DNA of 35,426 nucleotides from a virus (Duplodnaviria; Heunggongvirae; Uroviricota; Caudoviricetes): IMG/VR virus record IMGVR_UViG_2609460354_000004, positions 1 to 35,426 of that record; one strand, 5' to 3'. Shown piece by piece: positions 29,835 to 35,426 of this stretch (position 1 is its first letter; each line of letters starts with the position of its first letter). The notes under the pieces were generated by a model. It saw only the letters and a program-made list of their open reading frames with translations, ran no database searches and was not told where the DNA came from. The position numbers and the translations under genes were made by a program.

Positions 29835-30328
29835 TACTCCTCCTGCTGTAATTCCTCCTCATCATCCGCACCTGCTTCAGTCACCCGCAGGGCTATCTGA
29901 TCGCGCAGATCATCAATAATGGACTGAACACGGCTCACAGCGGCAGGCTGCAGACCGCAGTCACGTTCCAGAATATCCGGTAATGTCTCCAGCACCTGCA
30001 CGACCGCTTTTGCCCAGATGGCAAACTCCCGTCTGACATCACTGGCCGGAATGAGTTGTGCCGTTTCCTGTTCGAACTTAAGACGCTCACGTTCAGACTG
30101 ATACCAGGCTTTGCGCTCATGCGCGTCCATTTCGCCTTCTGCAACCGGCGGTGGCAATGCCAGAAATGCCGACACAATATCAACCACCCGATAAAGCTTG
30201 AGGTTGCTTTCATGCCCCCCTGCAACGGGTAGATTTTGCAGCCTTGCCGCAGCAGTCTGGCGATGTACACCTGACAGTGCCGCCAGTTGACTGATATTCA
30301 GCGTCAGATTTTTTAACTCTCGATCCAT
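29834..30328 (-). CDS. prophage terminase small subunit (Nu1-type HTH)
   Basis: 164 aa: MDRELKNLTLNISQLAALSGVHRQTAAARL... with an acidic C-terminus. Translationally coupled to terL. A cos-like element lies 150-220 nt upstream. Confidence 0.8.
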   Translation of the reverse strand: MDRELKNLTLNISQLAALSGVHRQTAAARLQNLPVAGGHESNLKLYRVVDIVSAFLALPPPVAEGEMDAHERKAWYQSERERLKFEQETAQLIPASDVRREFAIWAKAVVQVLETLPDILERDCGLQPAAVSRVQSIIDDLRDQIALRVTEAGADDEEELQQEE

Positions 30329-30469
30329 ACCCGCTCCAGAATGTTTTAAACATGCATCTTGCGAACAACTTTAGGCAAACGGTGTTAGTGATGAACAAAA
30401 AACAATCAAAATCGACACCATAAAAATAAAACCACTGTAATATCAATCTATTACAGTGGTGGTGATGAC

Positions 30470-30546
30470 GAATGAAATTTCAAAAACTAGCCTTTTTCCG
30501 CGACGCTCCCGCCCCGTGGCAGGACACACTGCCGGGAGGACCCATT
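30470..30546 (-). other. cos-like conserved element, copy C (candidate prophage cos)
   Basis: Same motif as copies A and B. Minus-strand core CACGGGGCGGGAGCGTCGCGGAAAAAGG resembles the lambda cohesive end as recalled. An 11-bp perfect inverted repeat (CCACTGTAATA-N6-TATTACAGTGG, 30432-30459) lies between it and terS. Confidence 0.5.
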
Positions 30547-30899
30547 AAAAACTGCTAAGCTGGGCTCGTTATGGCAACAATTCCATACGAAGTTTTATAA
30601 GTAAGAAGTTGCATGCCATCAGGCACCACCGCTGCTGATTACGACCATCAATGTGAACCACAACCAGCGCATCGGGTTACAGATAATTCATATGCTCAAC
30701 GAGCATAAAGTTCAGAACGTTTAACTTCAGGTGCTTTGTTTTAGCCATACCGTCCGTAACAACATGATGGAAGCGGGTACTTAGAGAACACTATGGATAG
30801 AAACTTGCATTACTAATCTCACAATTTATTCATACAGTTATATGATAAATATATTATTAGTTATAACATGTTGAAAATTCATAAAGGAGAATTACCTGT

Positions 30900-31592
30900 A
30901 TGTCTAGAGAAGGCTCGTTGGACTTATTGCAAGAAGTTGAAGAAAGTCTTGACATAATGAGACAGACACAGCATATCAAGCCTGTAAAAGTCAAAGCTAT
31001 TTTGGAAAACTTACGAAGTTCCTTAGAGTATCTCGCTAATGATACCTATGATAAATATATTTCTCCACGCAGTAATGATGAGCGCCCCAAAATATATTTC
31101 CCTTACGGAAAAAAAGAGTTTATTGATAAATTTTTCTCAAAGACGCTAAAAATAAACCCACCATCATCTTCTCCATTATATAAAATTTTTACTTCTATAC
31201 AGGATTATCACACTGGCGAATCTTGGTTGGAAATGATGTGTAATCTCACTAATGAAGTAAAGCACAGACAACCAATCCCCTTAAGAGAAGAGAGTTCTGT
31301 TAAAGACCTAAGTGTGAGCGTAGATGGTTTTGGTTTAATCACAGCAGGAAGCTCAGCAAAAATTCTCTTTAAAAACAACCACATCAATGGCAAAAAATTA
31401 GAAGACTTTACTTTCGAAAATGGGAAATTACAAAGAAGTGGTAATGGTGTACCTTTAAACATAGTCATTACCGAAGAGAAAAAAATAAGATTCCATGGGA
31501 ATGACCATGAAGTAATTCCTTTCATTGAATCATGCCTTATTAAAATCAGAATTTTTATTATCGAAGCCTATAATGAGTTAGATAAGATTTGA
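30900..31592 (+). CDS. hypothetical 230-aa protein, AT-rich moron in the bor position
   Basis: Plus-strand ORF with an AAAGGAGA ribosome-binding site, antisense to the late operon, between Rz and cos. Markedly AT-rich by eye. No family recognised. Confidence 0.6.
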   Translation: MSREGSLDLLQEVEESLDIMRQTQHIKPVKVKAILENLRSSLEYLANDTYDKYISPRSNDERPKIYFPYGKKEFIDKFFSKTLKINPPSSSPLYKIFTSIQDYHTGESWLEMMCNLTNEVKHRQPIPLREESSVKDLSVSVDGFGLITAGSSAKILFKNNHINGKKLEDFTFENGKLQRSGNGVPLNIVITEEKKIRFHGNDHEVIPFIESCLIKIRIFIIEAYNELDKI

Positions 31593-31760
31593 ATTACCCC
31601 CTAAACACCACAGCAAGTGGGAATTAACCACCCTATATTAAATATCCCTTTGTGAATGTGTTAAAGCTTATCGTCACAAAGGGATGCCCATTATTAATCT
31701 CACTAGGCAATGAATTTCTAATATTAAATTTCATCGCCAGATTTTAAATTTCCTGCAACC

Positions 31761-32297
31761 TTACTGGCCATGCTCAGATGGTCTGTAACGCAACTCATCA
31801 ATTTCACGAATACTCGAAAAATTATTATTTCCTTTTTCTATCAACGCCAGTAGCGGCTTAATCCACAAGACAGCTTGGCAGTAGGTCATTGAGCTGGTGG
31901 TAGCGGTACGATCATAGGCTTCATTAGGTCTGCCGGTATCGGTGTGCATGGCGCTGGCACGTAAACGGTACGTGTATTCGAGCAACCCACCAGCGATATC
32001 AGCAGGAACAGGCAGATCACAGGTTTTTTCACGGCGGAGAATCTCCCGGTATTCGATTACGGTTTTTTCGGTGCTGGTGTCGATCAGGGAGTTAAGACTG
32101 TTGGCATGTTCTGCAACCTGATTGAATCGATTGAAGTTGAATGCCTGGGTGGCGATTACCTGCCCCAGCATAGAGTTGTCACTTCGCAGAACGTCGTTAT
32201 CGCTCTGAAGATTACTGGCGTGAGAGCAACTCTTGACGAGAGCGACCGAAAGGCCAGCAATAACGACAACGCCTATAAGATCCGGATTAATTTTCAT
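31761..32297 (-). CDS. Rz: i-spanin Rz
   Basis: About 178 aa from MKINPDLIGVVVIAGLSVALVKS... (N-terminal transmembrane segment). Start overlaps the endolysin stop. Contains an embedded +1-frame lipoprotein ORF. Confidence 0.75.
   Translation of the reverse strand: MKINPDLIGVVVIAGLSVALVKSCSHASNLQSDNDVLRSDNSMLGQVIATQAFNFNRFNQVAEHANSLNSLIDTSTEKTVIEYREILRREKTCDLPVPADIAGGLLEYTYRLRASAMHTDTGRPNEAYDRTATTSSMTYCQAVLWIKPLLALIEKGNNNFSSIREIDELRYRPSEHGQ
31886..32032 (-). CDS. Rz1: o-spanin Rz1, embedded in Rz in the +1 frame
   Basis: Hand translation gives a GTG-initiated 48-aa ORF MKKPVICLFLLISLVGCSNTRTVYVPAPCTPIPADLMKPMIVPLPPAQ: lipobox LVGC, proline-rich, wholly inside Rz. Coordinates approximate to 1-2 nt. 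Confidence 0.65.
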   Translation of the reverse strand: MKKPVICLFLLISLVGCSNTRTVYVPAPCTPIPADLMKPMIVPLPPAQ

Positions 32298-32836
32298 TGC
32301 TCCAGCCCCCAGCACGCCAGTGCGCTTTCCTGATCGCGCCGCTCGACCTGCCCATAACAGCCATTCTTCTGCCCTTTTGTCAGGCGGCAATCACGCCCAC
32401 CATCTTTTATCCACCAGCGAATCGCCTCGCATGCCCCCTTACGATCATCGGCATTCAGCCGCTTATAAAACGTCGACGGGAAACACTTACCGGGGCCAAT
32501 GTTATAGGGACAAAATGACGCTATACCCGCTTTCTGTGGTTCGGTCAGTGGCACTTTAATATTGCGCTCCACCCATGCCAGCGCCTTATCCCGTTCAATG
32601 GCGTTAACCTGGTCGCATTTTTCCTTCGACAGTTTCATACCGGGAAAAACGGGTTTTCCATCCACCACCGTGGCACCCCGACAGATGGTCCAGATGCCGG
32701 AACCATCGCGGTATGCCGTTGTGTGGTTACCTTCTTTTTCATTCAGAAACTGGTCGAGAATATCAGGCGCAGGCGCACCGACGGCAATCAGTGCCAGAAC
32801 GGCAGCCGACAGGCCGTATCTGATTTTTACGTTCAT
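32294..32836 (-). CDS. R: SAR endolysin (T4-lysozyme-like muramidase)
   Basis: 180 aa with a Gly/Ala-rich N-terminal signal-anchor segment (YGLSAAVLALIAVGAPA) and a lysozyme core resembling P21 R as recalled (...GIWTICRG..., ...FCPYNIGPGK..., ...GACEAIRWW...). Confidence 0.85.
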   Translation of the reverse strand: MNVKIRYGLSAAVLALIAVGAPAPDILDQFLNEKEGNHTTAYRDGSGIWTICRGATVVDGKPVFPGMKLSKEKCDQVNAIERDKALAWVERNIKVPLTEPQKAGIASFCPYNIGPGKCFPSTFYKRLNADDRKGACEAIRWWIKDGGRDCRLTKGQKNGCYGQVERRDQESALACWGLEQ

Positions 32837-32941
32837 GGATATTTATCAGGATTTATCGGTTTCTGAACCCTGGATATGTTTATCTGTCCCGGCCTGTTGA
32901 ATCAGGCAAGGAATAGTTAAATACAATAGAGAGGATTGTTT

Positions 32942-33214
32942 ATGGACAATAGCACCATTTCTCTACAGGAGTTGCTCGACTGCATTTCCAAGCTTCGGGA
33001 TGATGTAAATGCCCTTACTGTCGCATTTTCATATCTGGCATTCTCAATTCCCAAGGAACAAATGCAACCAACACTGGCATCGCTCCAGCTTGAATCACTC
33101 AACCCCAAATGGTCCCAGCAACAACAAAATTCTTTCAAGTGGCTGGCGGTATTACTGGAAGAAAAATATGCTGGTGAAATTACCATTTCGGCGGAGTCTT
33201 CAGAGAACCAGTAA
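32942..33214 (+). CDS. hypothetical 90-aa protein, antisense insert in the lysis cassette
   Basis: Plus-strand ORF with an AGAGAGGA ribosome-binding site 7 nt before the ATG (MDNSTISLQELLDCISKLRDD...). Its 3' end overlaps the convergent gene at 33180-33524. Confidence 0.45.
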   Translation: MDNSTISLQELLDCISKLRDDVNALTVAFSYLAFSIPKEQMQPTLASLQLESLNPKWSQQQQNSFKWLAVLLEEKYAGEITISAESSENQ

Positions 33215-33524
33215 TTCTTCCCGGTAGCTTTCCTTTGTAGGTTATCCACACATTCTGCGCCTCTAAAATTATGGGGCGCTTTTCCGGCGACAGCTCATCC
33301 CCTTCACATAACCCGGCAGCAACATCCAGGAAGACCTGTCTGATGCTCCTTCTGGCTGCTGCCTCATAAAACTCCAGCGCGGCACCTTCAACACGGTCCA
33401 GCGAGATGTCCAGGTCAAAAATTTCACCGTCAAAGCGTTCTTTGTCCCGTAACGCTAAAGTTACCGTAACTTTATTCTCAAAATTGCGGATCCCTTTCAC
33501 AATCAGTTCATATTTTTGAGTCAT
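33180..33524 (-). CDS. hypothetical prophage protein between holin and endolysin (possibly YdfR/DUF1327-like)
   Basis: 114-aa ORF (MTQKYELIVKGIRNFENKVTVTLALRDKERFDGEIFDLDISLDRVEG...) directly downstream of the holin. Family name is from uncertain memory. Confidence 0.55.
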   Translation of the reverse strand: MTQKYELIVKGIRNFENKVTVTLALRDKERFDGEIFDLDISLDRVEGAALEFYEAAARRSIRQVFLDVAAGLCEGDELSPEKRPIILEAQNVWITYKGKLPGRITGSLKTPPKW

Positions 33525-33528
33525 TGAA

Positions 33529-33744
33529 TTACTCTCCCCGTGCAGCCTTACGCTTGTCTTCTTTAATCTTGAAATAAAGGTTTGTCAGGTACGTCAGCAG
33601 GCCAAATACCAGGCTACCCAGCACACCTATTGCTGCCCACTGTGAGGGCGTGACTTTATCGAGCAGCTGTAAAAACCAGTAGCCAGCACTGCCTGCGGAG
33701 GTGCCGTAGGCAATGCCTGTTGAAATTTTGTCCATGGATTTCAT
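33529..33744 (-). CDS. S: pinholin (P21 S21-like holin)
   Basis: [71 protein letters not shown] is near-identical to S21 pinholin as recalled, including the dual start (MKSMDK). The track ORF start at 33801 is an upstream extension. Confidence 0.8.
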   Translation of the reverse strand: MKSMDKISTGIAYGTSAGSAGYWFLQLLDKVTPSQWAAIGVLGSLVFGLLTYLTNLYFKIKEDKRKAARGE

Positions 33745-33844
33745 AGCCTCACCTCCGCACGGAACGGATGGCATAGTTATTATGTGTAGGCTTCCAGACA
33801 CATCAATCAGAGCCTTAATTGATATATATGCTGGAGACGATGCA

Positions 33845-33870
33845 ATATAAAAAGCTCGCCGTAGCGAGCT
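33845..33870 (-). terminator. rho-independent terminator between the lipoprotein morons and the holin
   Basis: Minus strand: AGCTCGC-TACG-GCGAGCT followed by TTTTTA. Confidence 0.45.
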
Positions 33871-33995
33871 AATAAAATGTATTTCTCTGATATTATGTTT
33901 ATTTGTATTAGCTCAGACTTGACATCACAGGTTTCGTATATAGAACATCATCAAATCTGTCAGTTTGCTATGAATGAGATATAGTAATTGAAGAG

Positions 33996-34391
33996 CTAAC
34001 CTCGCATGTCAAAGCCAGATTTCTGAAAATCTCTGTAGACTTCCGGATTGTTGAAGGCCGGAAATTTGGCTTTATGAGCTGCGGACTTTATCGCTTCGCA
34101 ATAGGCTTTATCACCGTTACTGGTAGATATTTTTAACGCCGTGCCATCCTGAGAGAATTCCATATGCAACCTGCATTTTTTCCCTTTCCAGTTATGCGGC
34201 TCATCAAGTTTGGCATTAATTGCAGCTCTGATTCCCCGCGCTTGCGCCCCCCATTCATCCTGATCATCCCAGCGTCCTGAACTGCAACTACCTGTAGCAG
34301 TAGTTTTGTGGCAATCTGAAGGGTGTAAAGGTGTGCATCCCGCAACAAAACCGACCCAAAAAGTCAACATAACGATTTTCTTTAATCCCAC
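33996..34391 (-). CDS. lipoprotein with TolA C-terminal (domain III)-like domain
   Basis: 131 aa with signal peptide and lipobox (FVAGC). C-terminal region ...GKKCRLHMEFSQDGTALKISTSNGDKAYCEAIKSAAHKAKFPAFNNPEVYRDFQKSGFD resembles E. coli TolA domain III as recalled. Confidence 0.7.
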   Translation of the reverse strand: MGLKKIVMLTFWVGFVAGCTPLHPSDCHKTTATGSCSSGRWDDQDEWGAQARGIRAAINAKLDEPHNWKGKKCRLHMEFSQDGTALKISTSNGDKAYCEAIKSAAHKAKFPAFNNPEVYRDFQKSGFDMRG

Positions 34392-34541
34392 TTCTTGCTC
34401 CTCAATCCATTAAAATCTCAGCAATAGTAGTTGTTACGTCCGCCACTGGCTCAGAGCTGACTATCCGCTAAATTTAGCTCAGTGCCGTAGTTGTGTCAGA
34501 ACAAACCTAAGCCGAAACCGTTTATTACAAAACAATAAATA

Positions 34542-34970
34542 TCAGGGTTTAAAATCCAGCACCCCATTTTGAAATACTTTATATACTTCCGGCGAAGGGG
34601 GGGCAGGTATATCAGCATTCTTTATCGCATTCATCGCTTCACGACATAAATCGAGGTCTCCACTTTCTCTTTTAACCTCCAGTAGAAGGCCATTCGGGGC
34701 CATATGCATTCTCAGTGTACACTCTTTTCCTGAATACTTACTCGCATCCCCGAACTGTTTTTCGATGGCGCTCTTGATTTGATGGGCATACAGACGGATA
34801 TCCTCACTAACATCAGAAGTACGTTCAGATGAACTCACATACTGTGTCTCTATTGCTTTATCGGAGTAATATGATGTACGGTCATGATAATTTGTCGATA
34901 CAGCATCAGTGCACCCGATAATAATCCCACTAATAATCAACGTAAGAATTGATGCGCTACGAAAACCCAT
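34542..34970 (-). CDS. lipoprotein with TolA C-terminal (domain III)-like domain, paralog
   Basis: 142 aa with signal peptide and lipobox (IIGC). ...YAHQIKSAIEKQFGDASKYSGKECTLRMHMAPNGLLLEVKRESGDLDLCREAMNAIKNADIPAPPSPEVYKVFQNGVLDFKP closely parallels the TolA C-terminus as recalled. Confidence 0.75.
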   Translation of the reverse strand: MGFRSASILTLIISGIIIGCTDAVSTNYHDRTSYYSDKAIETQYVSSSERTSDVSEDIRLYAHQIKSAIEKQFGDASKYSGKECTLRMHMAPNGLLLEVKRESGDLDLCREAMNAIKNADIPAPPSPEVYKVFQNGVLDFKP

Positions 34971-35426
34971 TTTTCCTCACATATGTCATATAGTAAAGGA
35001 TTATATATACCGTTGTTTTGGAGGCTCAAACAGCGAATCAGATCAAATAAAACGCACATTTGTTAACATTTACACAAAGTCTGCGTGGGATATTCTGAAA
35101 GAATATCCATAATGTGGAGAGAATCTATTGAAGTGCATGGTGCCGGGTGCCTCCCGGTGAATTCAGTACCAGCACCTGAATCCGCGATTATCCCATATAC
35201 CTACTCGCTGATTGCCCCTCCGCACAGGGGGATTCACCATGCCAGTTTCTTTTAACAAACTCCCCGCAAACCAGAGAACAGTCAACCGCCTGAATTGTGA
35301 AGTATTTAAAAATCTCTCCCGCTAACTGATACCCGGCTAACAGTCTGGCGTTTTCTTTTTCAGCAACGGGAAAGCAACAACCACCACACCCGCCACCAGC
35401 ACACCGTCAGCCAGCACTGACATTAT

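Noticed and set aside
35239..35325. 28-codon plus-strand ORF
   Set aside because: No ribosome-binding site or other support; likely chance.
35337..35423. 28-codon hydrophobic minus-strand ORF (MSVLADGVLVAGVVVVAFPLLKKKTPDC) at the window end
   Set aside because: Touches the window edge, so it may be the 3' end of a longer gene or a small membrane peptide; not enough sequence to decide.

Overview
This window is the late (lysis, head, tail) region of a lambda-like cos-type prophage, almost entirely on the minus strand, with a ~10.8-kb satellite-like island inserted inside the terminase large-subunit gene. Reading the minus strand from high to low coordinates: two TolA-domain-III-like lipoprotein morons, pinholin, two small inserted genes, SAR endolysin, Rz/Rz1, a plus-strand 230-aa moron in the bor position, a cos-like site, terS, the N-terminal half of terL, the island (18008-28848), the C-terminal half of terL, gpW-like, portal, prohead protease-major capsid fusion, head-tail genes, then tail genes Z U V G T H M L K I J, lom and the start of stf. 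The island carries a P4-type integrase, AlpA, a Bro-N protein, a divergent operator region with small regulators, a primase/helicase replication protein, an iteron origin, an SSB-like protein, and its own paralogs of the helper capsid and terS genes with cos-like sites. It is flanked by a 13-bp direct repeat that is in register with the terL reading frame. All identifications rest on reading the translations and DNA directly and on remembered protein families; no database search was run. Coordinates follow the ORF track (stop codon included); hand-refined starts and small motifs may be off by 1-2 nt.
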